The translations under genes were made by a program, and so were the position numbers. The notes beneath the pieces are model-generated. The model was not told the origin of the DNA. It ran no database searches and worked only from the letters and a program-made list of their open reading frames with translations. Below, one piece after another: positions 30,645 to 39,890 of a stretch of DNA of 64,000 nt. Source of the DNA: Oceanispirochaeta sp. (GTDB taxonomy: Bacteria; Spirochaetota; Spirochaetia; DSM-2461). Within the stretch, counting starts at the first letter, position 1, and each line of letters begins with the position of its first letter. The stretch spans positions 1,760,001-1,824,000 of the forward strand of contig CAXXOA010000002.1 in NCBI GenBank assembly GCA_963666275.2, in the 5' to 3' direction.

Positions 30645-31478
30645 ATGAAGAAGATAAAACTGATCGCCTGTGATATGGACGGTACACTGCTGAATGACAG
30701 AAAAGAGATCTCCCCCCGGAATCTGGAGATTATAAAGGCCCTGAGGGATAGGGGCGTGTATTTCGTCATTGCCACGGGACGGCATGATTCCATGATCCGG
30801 GAGTACCTGGATCAGATCGGAGGCAATATGCCTGTGATCTCCTGCAACGGCGCACTGATCAGAGATCCCCATACGGGAGAGCTTTTCTCTTCGGACCCGC
30901 TGGAAACCTCCCAGATCCTGGATATTATCCGGATCTGCAAAGACCGGGGATTGGACTATCACCTTTACGGCAGGGATATCATATACGGTGAAGCCCTGAC
31001 CAATAAGATGTACTTCTACAACGAAAGGAACAAAACCCTCCCCCCTGACGCCCGGATTCCTCTCCTGGTATCCGAAGACTATGAAGCTGTCATCAACGCA
31101 CACGAGGGTGCCATATACAAGGTCCTTGTATTTCCCGGAGAAGAAGAGAATTTTGCCAGAATCTCCCGGACAATCTCATCTGAAACAGGCCTGACCGCCT
31201 TCCGATCGGACAAAACCCTGCTGGACATCATGCAGAAGGGCATCACAAAAGCTCAGGGTATGGAGAGTCTCTGCCGGAAACTGAACATCCACCGCAGTGA
31301 AACCGCCGCCATCGGCGACTATCTGAACGACCTGGATATGATCGAGTATGCCGGGGTAGGGGTAGCCATGAACAACGCCGTCCCCGAAGTCAAAGCCGCC
31401 GCCCGTATGATCACCGAAAACAGCAACAACAACAGCGGAGTCGCCGAAGCCCTGGAAAAGCTTGTTCTCTCTGTCTAG
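30645..31478 (+). CDS. Cof-type HAD-IIB hydrolase
   Basis: DMDGTLL, ATGR, CNGA, GDYLNDLDM, AMNNA. Confidence 0.94.
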   Translation: MKKIKLIACDMDGTLLNDRKEISPRNLEIIKALRDRGVYFVIATGRHDSMIREYLDQIGGNMPVISCNGALIRDPHTGELFSSDPLETSQILDIIRICKDRGLDYHLYGRDIIYGEALTNKMYFYNERNKTLPPDARIPLLVSEDYEAVINAHEGAIYKVLVFPGEEENFARISRTISSETGLTAFRSDKTLLDIMQKGITKAQGMESLCRKLNIHRSETAAIGDYLNDLDMIEYAGVGVAMNNAVPEVKAAARMITENSNNNSGVAEALEKLVLSV

Positions 31479-31550
31479 CCTCTACTGCCGCCACCAGAGG
31501 ACTGCCGTGTCTGCCGGCCCCTGTGCGGTGTGTGTCTCCGTGTAGGTGAG

Positions 31551-31840
31551 TGTCCCCGTGTGGGGTGTCCCGGTGTGGGGTGTCCTGGTGTGGGGTGTCC
31601 CGGAGTGGGGTGTCCCGGAGTGGGGTGTCCCGGAGTGGGCTGTCCCGGAGTGGGGTGTCCCGGTGTGGGCTGTCCCGGTGTGGGCTGTCCCGGAGTGGGG
31701 TGTCCCGGTGTGGGCTGTCCCGGAGTGGGGTGTCCCGGAGTGGGGTGTCCCGGTGTGGTGTGTCCCGGTGTGGTGTGTCCCGGTGTGGTGTGTCCCGGTG
31801 TGGTGTGTCCCGGTGTGGTGTGTCCCGGTGTGGTGTGTCC
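31551..31840. repeat. 15-bp tandem array, 19 full units plus a partial unit, G-rich on +
   Basis: Unit tgtcccgg(t/a)gtgg(gg/gc/tg); the last six units are identical (tgtcccggtgtggtg). Confidence 0.97.
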
Positions 31841-31841
31841 T

Positions 31842-31904
31842 GTAGCCCGTGAGGACCAGTCTCCACGGGGAGTACTGTATGGGCAGTTCATGAACTGCCC
31901 TTAC
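31842..31904. repeat. Two REP-like hairpins next to the RAYT gene
   Basis: GTAG + cccgtg...cacggg (31842-31869); gta-t + perfect 20-bp palindrome gggcagttcatgaactgccc (31881-31900) + t-tac. Confidence 0.8.
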
Positions 31905-31941
31905 TCAGCCTTCCAGAGCCAGCTTGACTTCACAGGCTGCA

Positions 31942-32063
31942 GCACCGCCTCCCAGCGCCGCACCGCCTCCCAGCGTCGCACCACCTCCCAGCGTCGCACC
32001 ACCTCCCAGCGTCGCACCACCTTCCAGCGTCGCACCACCTTCCAGCGTCGCACCACCTTCCAG
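31942..32063. repeat. 18-bp tandem array, 6 full units plus 14 nt, C-rich on +
   Basis: Unit gcacc(g/a)cct(c/t)ccagcg(c/t)c starting at 31942, 31960, 31978, 31996, 32014, 32032 and 32050. Confidence 0.96.
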
Positions 32064-32149
32064 GGACAGCTCCACCGCTTTCTGTTTTGTCTGAGTTTTT
32101 CTGCTGTCGGTTTTGAAGCAGTATGACAGCAGCGGATGTTAGGTCTTGT

Positions 32150-32644
32150 ATGAGAAGGATCTATAAGAGAAAGTCTATTCGGCTTAAAGGGTATGATTAT
32201 TCGAAGGCCGGTTTATATTTTATTACCATTAACGTGGATAAAAGAGTGCATCTTTTTGGTGAGATCAGGAACCGGACGATGGTTCTTAGTCCTTTCGGAA
32301 AAGTTGTTCAGTCTCATTGGGATGCCCTGGATTCCTGTTATGCAGATGTTCTCTTTAGAGAATATGTTGTCATGCCTGATCATTTTCATTGTTTGCTTGA
32401 GATTACCGGGGAGGGGAAATCCTTGGATACTGATTCAGTACTTTCACGGCGGAATATGATTATTCCAATAATTGTCGGGCGCTTTAAGATGCAGACGGCA
32501 AAGGAAATTAACAGGTTGAGAGATACCCCGGGTCAAAAGGTCTGGCAGAGGAACTATTACGAAAGGATTATCCATGATAGAAAGAGCAGTCATGTCGTAT
32601 CTCAGTATATAAGAAATAATCCTATCAAATGGAGAGGGTTTTGA
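32150..32644 (+). mobile_element. REP-associated tyrosine transposase (RAYT, Y1 HUH)
   Basis: RKSIRLKGYDYS, YFITI, HUH motif MPDHFH, GRFK, WQRNYYERII, catalytic Tyr in YIRNNP; visibly AT-richer than its flanks; alternative start 32123. Confidence 0.9.
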
Positions 32645-32760
32645 TCGGACAGGAGGATTTTATGTCTCCATTCTCTTCTCCCCGATATCCTTGACAATCC
32701 GCCCGGGCTGGAAGAAAATAACTTTGATTGTCTGAATATATGATAGCAAAGGAGTTTTGT

Positions 32761-33774
32761 ATGGTCAAAGTAGGTGTAGCAGGATACGGTGTGATCGGAC
32801 AGAGGCTGGCCGACGGGGTCGCTCTTCAGGAGGATATGGAGCTTGTCGGTGTGGCCGATGTGGCCCCGACTCTTCCCATACGGGCTCTTCATGAAAAGGG
32901 TATGCCCTACAGGCTTTTTACTGCAGTCCCTGAGAAAAAAAGTCTTCTTACAGATGAGGGTATCCCCGTGTCGGGAACTCTGGAGGATCTGGTGCAGGAG
33001 TGCGATGTGATCCTGGATGCCACCAGTGCGGGAATCGGTGCGCAAAACAAGGAACTCTATCAGAAATACAGGACAAAAGCGGTGTTTCAGGGCGGAGAGC
33101 AAAACAGCGTGGCCGATGTCTTTTTCCATGGCTATGCCAACTATGAAAAAGGCCTGGGAGCAGACTATCTGAAACTGACAAGCTGCAATACCACCGGTCT
33201 GATCCGTGCCATTGACTGCATCGACAGGGCTGTGGGGGTAGTAAAAACAGCTATAACCATTATCCGCCGGGTTGCGGATCCGGGCGATTACCACCGGGGA
33301 CTGACCAATGCCCTGCAGGTGGATAAAGCCCCCAACCATCAGGCTCTGGATCTGATGACCATTATGCCCCATGTGGATGCCACGGGGATCCTTATCCATA
33401 CCCCTGTGACTCACGGGCATATCATTACTCCTGTGGTTTCCACAAAAGGGACGATTGAAAAAAAGGATCTTCTGGAGATGTTCCATGCCCATCCCAGGAT
33501 TCGGGTAGTCCGGCTGGAGGACGGTTTTCTGGGGAATGCCTCCCTCTTCAAGTACGCCCGGGATCTGGGGAATCCCCGGGGAGACATGTATGAGATCGCT
33601 GTCTGGGAGGAGTCGATTGTAAAATCTGGTGAGGATATCATGTTTGCCATCAATATCCCCCAGGAGTCGGTGGTGATCCCCGAAAACATCGATGCCGTCA
33701 GAGCGGCCATGAACATGCAGAGTACCCGGGAAGAGGGAACATGGGCCACCAACAAATATCTGGGGATGAAATAA
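32761..33774 (+). CDS. Archaeal-type (class II) glyceraldehyde-3-phosphate dehydrogenase
   Basis: GYGVIGQRLAD, FQGGE, SCNTTGL, IRRVADP, QESVVIPENIDAVRA; lacks the bacterial GFGRIGR motif. Confidence 0.9.
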   Translation: MVKVGVAGYGVIGQRLADGVALQEDMELVGVADVAPTLPIRALHEKGMPYRLFTAVPEKKSLLTDEGIPVSGTLEDLVQECDVILDATSAGIGAQNKELYQKYRTKAVFQGGEQNSVADVFFHGYANYEKGLGADYLKLTSCNTTGLIRAIDCIDRAVGVVKTAITIIRRVADPGDYHRGLTNALQVDKAPNHQALDLMTIMPHVDATGILIHTPVTHGHIITPVVSTKGTIEKKDLLEMFHAHPRIRVVRLEDGFLGNASLFKYARDLGNPRGDMYEIAVWEESIVKSGEDIMFAINIPQESVVIPENIDAVRAAMNMQSTREEGTWATNKYLGMK

Positions 33775-35027
33775 TGGGTGCCCGAGGCCCGGCTTTTCCT
33801 TCCATGGAGGAGTTCGAGGTCCGGGGGAGAAAGGTTCTGCTCCGTCTGGATATCAATTCTCCCCTGGATCCCGAGACAAAAAGGATCGTTGATACCAACC
33901 GGATTGACAAGTCTCTGCCCACAGTCGCCTGGCTTCTGGATAGGGGGGCCTGTCTGGCCATCATCGCCCATCAGGGGGATACCCTGGACTATCAGAATCT
34001 GATCTCCCTGGAGGAGCACGCCCGGATCCTCTCGGAGAAACTGGGACGGGAGGTCGCCTATGTGGATGATGTCTGCGGGCCCGCTGCGGTCTCCCGGGTG
34101 AAGAATCTGAAATCCGGCGAGGCTGTCCTGCTGGGAAATCTTCGCTATCTCTGCGAGGAGATCTCCACATTTGAGGATGCTGTTAAACTGACTCCCCCGA
34201 AGATGGTTCATACCTGGCTTGTCAGGTCACTGGCTCCTTTGTTTGATCTTTATATCAATGATGCCTTTGCCGCGGCTCACAGGAACTGCCCCAGCATGGT
34301 CGCTTTTCAGGAACTACTGCCCAGTGGGGCGGGTCCTCTTTTTTTCAATGAAGTCAGCGCTCTCACAAAGGTTATGGCTGACCCGGACAGTCCCGCTGTC
34401 TTTCTTCTGGGAGGAGCCAAGATCTCAGATGCCTTCGGAATGCTTGGAAAGGTCCTTTCCGGGGAAACGGCCGACCTGATTCTTACAGCCGGACTGACCG
34501 GGCAGGTGTTCCGGATCGCCCAGGGAGGAAACCTGGGAAAAAGGACGGAACAATTCCTCACAGAACGCTCCCTGGATACGTTTATTGAACAGGCAGCGGG
34601 GTATCTGGAAAGATATCCCGGTAAAATCCTGATGCCTGTGGATTTTGCTTTTCTCCGGGATGACAAGAGGACAGAAATCCTTCTGGAGGAGCTGCCTGAG
34701 GAGACGCTGTTTATGGATATCGGGGAAGAAACCATAGAGATATATCGGGAGAAGATTCTTCAGGCCGGGACAGTTTTTGTAAACGGACCGGCCGGTGTCT
34801 TTGAGGATCCCCTGTTTGAAAAGGGAACCAGGGAACTCTGGAAAACCCTCAGCGAAGCGGAAGGGTATACCGTTGTGGGGGGAGGGGATAGTGTGAGTGC
34901 TGTCTCCCGGTTTACGGATGCGGATAAAATCAGCTATATTTGTACGGCCGGAGGAGCTATGGTCCGTTTTCTTTCCGGCAGAAAACTCCCCCTTATAGAG
35001 GCTATGGAAAAAGCCGCCGAAAGGTAG
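33774..35027 (+). CDS. pgk: Phosphoglycerate kinase, archaeal-like and divergent
   Basis: RLDINSP, NDAFAAAHR, LGGAKISD, NGPAGVFE, GGGDS, TAGGA; start overlaps the GAPDH stop. Confidence 0.85.
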   Translation: MGARGPAFPSMEEFEVRGRKVLLRLDINSPLDPETKRIVDTNRIDKSLPTVAWLLDRGACLAIIAHQGDTLDYQNLISLEEHARILSEKLGREVAYVDDVCGPAAVSRVKNLKSGEAVLLGNLRYLCEEISTFEDAVKLTPPKMVHTWLVRSLAPLFDLYINDAFAAAHRNCPSMVAFQELLPSGAGPLFFNEVSALTKVMADPDSPAVFLLGGAKISDAFGMLGKVLSGETADLILTAGLTGQVFRIAQGGNLGKRTEQFLTERSLDTFIEQAAGYLERYPGKILMPVDFAFLRDDKRTEILLEELPEETLFMDIGEETIEIYREKILQAGTVFVNGPAGVFEDPLFEKGTRELWKTLSEAEGYTVVGGGDSVSAVSRFTDADKISYICTAGGAMVRFLSGRKLPLIEAMEKAAER

Positions 35028-35030
35028 AAT

Positions 35031-35498
35031 ATGTCAGTAGAAGAAGTGAAAGCCTATTTCAGATCCCATGCCATGGAAGATCGAATCCTGGAAATGGAGG
35101 AATCCACAGCCACCGTAGAAGAGGCTGCCCGGGTTCATAATGTGGTTCCCGGACAGATCGGGAAAACCCTCTCTTTTAAAGTGGATGAGGAGCCGGTTCT
35201 GATTGTAGTGGCCGGAGACAGAAAAATAGATAATAAAAAATACAAAGCCCAGTTCGGGAAAAAAGCCAAAATGCTCAGTTTTGAAGAAGCACAGGAGCAC
35301 ACGGGACATCCTGTGGGTGGAATCTGTCCCTTCGGACTGAAAACTCCCGTAAAAACCTATCTGGACATCTCCCTGAAAGAGTACGGGGAGATTCTACCTG
35401 CTGCGGGAAGCCGCAATTCCGCCGTCCGACTGAATCTTCGGGAACTGGAAGTCCATTCGGGATCTCTCGGTTGGATTGATGTCTGCAGGGAAGGGTGA
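35031..35498 (+). CDS. YbaK/EbsC family aminoacyl-tRNA deacylase
   Basis: TVEEAA, IGKTL, TGHPVGGICPFG, AAGS. Confidence 0.9.
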   Translation: MSVEEVKAYFRSHAMEDRILEMEESTATVEEAARVHNVVPGQIGKTLSFKVDEEPVLIVVAGDRKIDNKKYKAQFGKKAKMLSFEEAQEHTGHPVGGICPFGLKTPVKTYLDISLKEYGEILPAAGSRNSAVRLNLRELEVHSGSLGWIDVCREG

Positions 35499-36520
35499 GT
35501 GTTGTGAGAGTCCCCTTTGAAGAGATGCATCAGACTGTGAAATCTGTCTTTCAGAAGGCAGGAATGGAGGAGTCCAGAGCCGATCTGGCGGCCCGGATCC
35601 ATACAGAGTCCTCCTGTGACGGGGTCTTTTCCCACGGATTGAACAGGATTCCTACTTTTATCAGGTATGTTCAGGATGGGATGACCCATGTAAACGCCGA
35701 GCCCGAATTGATAGGTTCCACTGGAAGTATTGAGAAATATAACGGTAACAAAGGGCCGGGGGTTCTGAATGCCCGATTCGCCATGAACCGGGCCATGGCT
35801 ATTGCAGAGGAGCAGGGCCTGGGGCTGGTTACACTGAATAACACAAGCCACTGGATGAGAGGCGGAACCTATGGATGGCAGGCCGCGGAAAAGGGTTTTA
35901 TCGGAATCTGCTGGACCAATACGGAATCCTGCATGCCCGCCTGGGGAGCTGCAAGTGCAAGCGTGGGAAACAATCCTCTGGTCCTTGCGGTTCCGGGAGG
36001 AGAAACCCCGGTGGTCCTTGATATGGCCATGAGTCAGTTCTCCTATGGAAAGCTTCAGACCACCCGTCTGGCTGGTGAGACTCTTCCCCTCCCGGGAGGA
36101 TACGACGATAAGGGAGAACTGACCTGTGATCCCGGTGCTATCGAACAGACCGGCCGGATCCTTCCTGCGGGATACTGGAAAGGCTCGGGCCTGGCAACCC
36201 TTCTGGATCTGCTGGCTGCGGTCCTTTCGGGGGGGCTTTCCACATCGGGTCTGGATGATAGGGGGTATACCCACTGTACAGGATGTTCCCAGGTTTTCCT
36301 TGCGGTCAGTCCTGAAGCTGCGGGAGGAGCCTCTTTCATCTCTCAGACCGTGGTGGATACCATAGAGCATCTTCACCGGGCGGAACCGGTGGCGCCGGGC
36401 AACAGGGTCAGGTATCCCGGTGAGAGTACTCTGCAGAAGAGGAAAGAGAACAGGGAAAAGGGGATTCCCGTTGATCCGGGTATCTGGGAGAAGGTTAAAG
36501 GTCTGGCGGCTTCTCTATAA
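35495..36520 (+). CDS. dlgD: 2,3-diketo-L-gulonate reductase (YiaK)
   Basis: SHGLNR, HWMRGGTYGWQAAEKGFIGICWTN, DMAMSQFSYG, GYWKGSG closely match E. coli YiaK as I recall it. Confidence 0.9.
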   Translation: MSVVRVPFEEMHQTVKSVFQKAGMEESRADLAARIHTESSCDGVFSHGLNRIPTFIRYVQDGMTHVNAEPELIGSTGSIEKYNGNKGPGVLNARFAMNRAMAIAEEQGLGLVTLNNTSHWMRGGTYGWQAAEKGFIGICWTNTESCMPAWGAASASVGNNPLVLAVPGGETPVVLDMAMSQFSYGKLQTTRLAGETLPLPGGYDDKGELTCDPGAIEQTGRILPAGYWKGSGLATLLDLLAAVLSGGLSTSGLDDRGYTHCTGCSQVFLAVSPEAAGGASFISQTVVDTIEHLHRAEPVAPGNRVRYPGESTLQKRKENREKGIPVDPGIWEKVKGLAASL

Positions 36521-36548
36521 CTGCCTCTGACTGAGAGTTCTCAAAGCT

Positions 36549-36593
36549 AAAGAATCCTGCCCGCCGGAGAGACCCCCGGGTAGGAGTTCTTTT
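36549..36593. terminator. Probable terminator between convergent genes
   Basis: aagaatcctgcccg...cgggtaggagttctttt. Confidence 0.55.
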
Positions 36594-36610
36594 GTGAATT
36601 TGACATTGCA

Positions 36611-37756
36611 CTACTGTTCCTGTTCCGGGGTTAATCGGAGAAGCCGTCCACCCTTCCTGTCTTCCAGAACCCATATAGCGCCTTCCGGGCCCTGTTCGAC
36701 TTCCCGGATTCTCTTTCCCATATCAAACCTTTCGGCTTCTTTTGCCTGTGTGCCGTCTATCTCTACCCTGATCAGGGACTCTGATACAAGTCCGCCTATA
36801 AAGGCATTGCCCTTCCATGCGGGAAACCGGGATCCTGTGTAAATGATCAGCCCTGAAGGGGCGATAGACGGGACCCAGAACGCTTCGGGAGCATGGAATT
36901 CCGGGCGGGTGTCGTGGTCGGGAATAGGGGCGCCCGAATAGTGGTTGCCCCAGGAGACCAGAGGCCAGCCGTAGTTCGCCCCTTTTATTATCAGGTTAAG
37001 TTCATCGCCGTGTCTGGGACCCATCTCATGGGTCCATAATTGCCCCGCTGGATCAAAGGCTATTCCCAGCAGGTTGCGATGCCCCAGCGTCCAGAATGTT
37101 CGGGCCAGTTCTCCCCTGTCCTGGAAGGGATTGTCTTCCGGAACAGACCCGTCCTCATTCAGTCTGATCACCTTGCCCAGATTCTGGGTCCAGCTCTGGG
37201 CGGGAGTCTGTTTCTGCCTCTCTCCGGAGGTTATATACAGTTTGCCCTCAGGACCGAAGGCCAGCCGGTGGGAGTAATGACCCGAGCCGGATACTTTCGG
37301 CTCCTGTTCCCATATCCTCTGCGGATTTTCCAGTTCCGGGCGGGGAGAGTCTGCATGGAGAGTGGCCCGTATCACCACAGCGCCTCTTCTGCCGGAGCTG
37401 TCCGCTTCGGCATAGGAGAGGTAGATCCATCCGTTTCGGCTGAATCCGGGGTGCAGGATCACATCCCCCAGACCTCCCTGGCCGCCATAGGCCACTTCCG
37501 GTACCCCCAGTACAGCCGTTTTCGAACCGGAATCCGGATCGAAAAGGATCAGTTCTCCTGATTTTTCCGTCACTAGGATCCGGCCGTCGGGAAGGAACGT
37601 CATGGCCCAGGGCTCGTTGAAATCGGTATAGACCTGAGCATTCAACCGGGAAGAGGCGGTCCCTCTGATTTTGAAATTACTGGCACTGGCGTAGATCATC
37701 CCGGAAGTGAGGAGAAGGATCAGGGCCAGAGTCGCTCTGAAAGGTTTGCTATCCAT
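36611..37756 (-). CDS. PQQ-dependent soluble aldose sugar dehydrogenase (YliI/Asd family)
   Basis: Signal peptide; [46 protein letters not shown]. Confidence 0.9.
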   Translation of the reverse strand: MDSKPFRATLALILLLTSGMIYASASNFKIRGTASSRLNAQVYTDFNEPWAMTFLPDGRILVTEKSGELILFDPDSGSKTAVLGVPEVAYGGQGGLGDVILHPGFSRNGWIYLSYAEADSSGRRGAVVIRATLHADSPRPELENPQRIWEQEPKVSGSGHYSHRLAFGPEGKLYITSGERQKQTPAQSWTQNLGKVIRLNEDGSVPEDNPFQDRGELARTFWTLGHRNLLGIAFDPAGQLWTHEMGPRHGDELNLIIKGANYGWPLVSWGNHYSGAPIPDHDTRPEFHAPEAFWVPSIAPSGLIIYTGSRFPAWKGNAFIGGLVSESLIRVEIDGTQAKEAERFDMGKRIREVEQGPEGAIWVLEDRKGGRLLRLTPEQEQ

Positions 37757-37923
37757 GAGTACCTCCTGGTACGGAATTTTATATATTACTTATTTAATAG
37801 TAATTAAATGTTCTGACGAAGTCAAAGGACAGGGCTCAGATAGGTTCGGGGGGGAATGAATCTTTTTCTGAGGGGAGGCAAGCGGGGCACCATGCCCCTG
37901 CTCTTTCTTTGTGAAGGGAACTC

Positions 37924-39840
37924 CTAGGATTTTCCCATCTCTTTCTGATACTCCCGGGGAGACCGGCCGAAGCGTTTTTTAAATAGACGGAAAAAGGTTC
38001 CCAGGCTGGCAAAGCCCGCTGTTTCGGCAATGTCCGCCACGGTTCTTTCGCTTGTTCTTAAAAGCTCCGCGGCTTTCTCCAGGCGGACCTGGTTGATGTA
38101 TCCGGCAATGCTCAGGCCCATATGCTGTTTGAAGAGTCTGTTGATATACCCTGTACTCAGCTGAAACCGGTCGGCCAGCCAGTCGGCGGAAAGATTGAAA
38201 TTTTCAATTTCATTTTCTATCTGATCTCTGATATCACTGACGGTCTGATCGTGCCGGGCTTCCTTCCTGTTCCGGCACTCCCGGATAACATCCTGGATGA
38301 TATGGATCATAAGGGCTTTGACTTCTTCTATGGTTTCGGGACTCTGTACCTGCAGAATCATGGGGGTTACCCGTTCGATTGTCTGTATATGGTAGGTCTT
38401 TTCAAGGAATTCCACTGTGGCACTGAGACTGGCTGTCAGTCGTATGATAAGTCTTCTCATATTCTGAGGACCATAGGCAAAACCGTAGTCAATCAGATCA
38501 TCCAGCAGGGCCAGGGTTTCCTCTTCGTTCAGGCTCTTCATGGATTCCTCAAAGAGCCCCTCCTTTTCCCGGGGATAGTGAAAGTCTCTGTATGTGGTCA
38601 GATAGGAGGATCCCGAGTAGAGAAAGGAACCCTTGCCGCTCAGAAAGCGGTAGGAGCCTATCTTCATCAGATCCCTGAAATCCTGGTCCAGATCGATGGG
38701 ATCGCTGCATATTTCGCCGAAACTCAAGGTGATGGAGAACGCCAGGCTTCTGAGGAGCTTGCTGTGCTGATCCTCCATCCAGGAAAGGAGCTGTTCATAC
38801 TCTTCCTCCTGCTCCGGGTTGAACAGAAAGACAACCAGGTCGTCTCTGTAGCGGAAGTAATCATGCTTCAGACTGCGGGAATCAAGAATTTCCGAAAGGG
38901 TCTGGTTCAGTTCTCCTATGAGAGTCTGCTGTTCTGCAATATTGTGCCTGTGGGAAAAATCCGAGTAATTGTCAATCTGAACCGTAAAGGGGATGACCGG
39001 TTCATTCAGTTGCAGCTGAAGGCTCAGCTCCTCTCTGGAAGAGGCGTAGTAGTTCAGGTTCTCTTCGCTGCTGTTCTCTATGATATCCTTCAAAAGCTGC
39101 TGCTTCCGGCTCTCCAGATAGAGTTTTCTGTTCTGCTGACTCAGAGTCAGCTGGTATTGAAGGACAAAAAGGAAAGCCAGGATCAGAATTATAGACAGGA
39201 GAAATCCCGCCGCTACAAAACGGACCCGTCTCAGGTATTTTTCTCCCGCCGTATTGAGATCGCTGATCACCTGAAAAAAGAGGGTATCAAACTCCTTGGA
39301 AGCATTATCCAGTGTCTCCAGGGCGTATATGGTATCATCCAGAAGAAAAATCTCTCCTGTGGTCAGCTGTCCGGTCATCCGCAGTTTATACATGGTATGC
39401 AGAAACCCGTTGACCATGACTTTCCGACCCAGACCGGTCTGGATGATTTCCATAAAGAAATGACCCGCATTGTTCAGCTGGACTTCCGTATACCTCCAGA
39501 CCCGCTCTATCCCGTCCAGTTTGCGGGGTATCTCCGGGAGTTTCTGTATCTGCCCCTGACAGCTCAGTTCCTCCAGAGAAGAGGAAAAGCCTTTATACTC
39601 CTCCTCCCATTCACGGATCCTCAGGGGAATCTGCTCATCCGTCAGGGTATATCTATCCAGAAGAATCTGATAGGTTTTATTCTGAATACTGTTCCACTGG
39701 GCTGCCAGCCGGGATGAAGCAAGAGTCAGGTCCTGTATATTCCTTGATTGGATATTGTAGAAAACAATTGCTCCGGTCAGCAGACAAAGCAGGAATACTG
39801 TTGCCAGAAAGAGACCGAAAAAACTGTGGATTTTTGTCAT
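37924..39840 (-). CDS. Membrane-anchored AraC-family regulator (two TM helices flanking an extracytoplasmic domain)
   Basis: Hydrophobic stretches at the N-terminus and near residues 205-228; C-terminal AraC HTH (YINRLFK, RLEKAAELL, FFRLFKKRFGRSPREY). Confidence 0.88.
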   Translation of the reverse strand: MTKIHSFFGLFLATVFLLCLLTGAIVFYNIQSRNIQDLTLASSRLAAQWNSIQNKTYQILLDRYTLTDEQIPLRIREWEEEYKGFSSSLEELSCQGQIQKLPEIPRKLDGIERVWRYTEVQLNNAGHFFMEIIQTGLGRKVMVNGFLHTMYKLRMTGQLTTGEIFLLDDTIYALETLDNASKEFDTLFFQVISDLNTAGEKYLRRVRFVAAGFLLSIILILAFLFVLQYQLTLSQQNRKLYLESRKQQLLKDIIENSSEENLNYYASSREELSLQLQLNEPVIPFTVQIDNYSDFSHRHNIAEQQTLIGELNQTLSEILDSRSLKHDYFRYRDDLVVFLFNPEQEEEYEQLLSWMEDQHSKLLRSLAFSITLSFGEICSDPIDLDQDFRDLMKIGSYRFLSGKGSFLYSGSSYLTTYRDFHYPREKEGLFEESMKSLNEEETLALLDDLIDYGFAYGPQNMRRLIIRLTASLSATVEFLEKTYHIQTIERVTPMILQVQSPETIEEVKALMIHIIQDVIRECRNRKEARHDQTVSDIRDQIENEIENFNLSADWLADRFQLSTGYINRLFKQHMGLSIAGYINQVRLEKAAELLRTSERTVADIAETAGFASLGTFFRLFKKRFGRSPREYQKEMGKS

Positions 39841-39890
39841 CCCGACAGTTTATCATGGAGATGAAATTTCTGCTATGAAAAGGATATCCC

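Noticed and set aside
31411..31891. Minus-strand ORFs (RDTPH)n and (GHPTP)n and other repeat-frame ORFs as genes
   Set aside because: The repeat lacks stops in most frames; no RBS or domain support
31551..32063. CRISPR array
   Set aside because: Units are contiguous 15- and 18-mers with no unique spacers, and no cas genes are in the window
32150..32644. IS200/IS605 insertion sequence
   Set aside because: No tnpB and no matching right-end hairpin seen; the RxSIRLxGYDY and WQRNYY motifs fit RAYT
38122..39717. Long antisense ORFs (531 aa here; also 12322-13668, 3349-4347, 59105-60142 and others)
   Set aside because: They lie opposite well-supported genes, have no motifs, and are expected from codon bias
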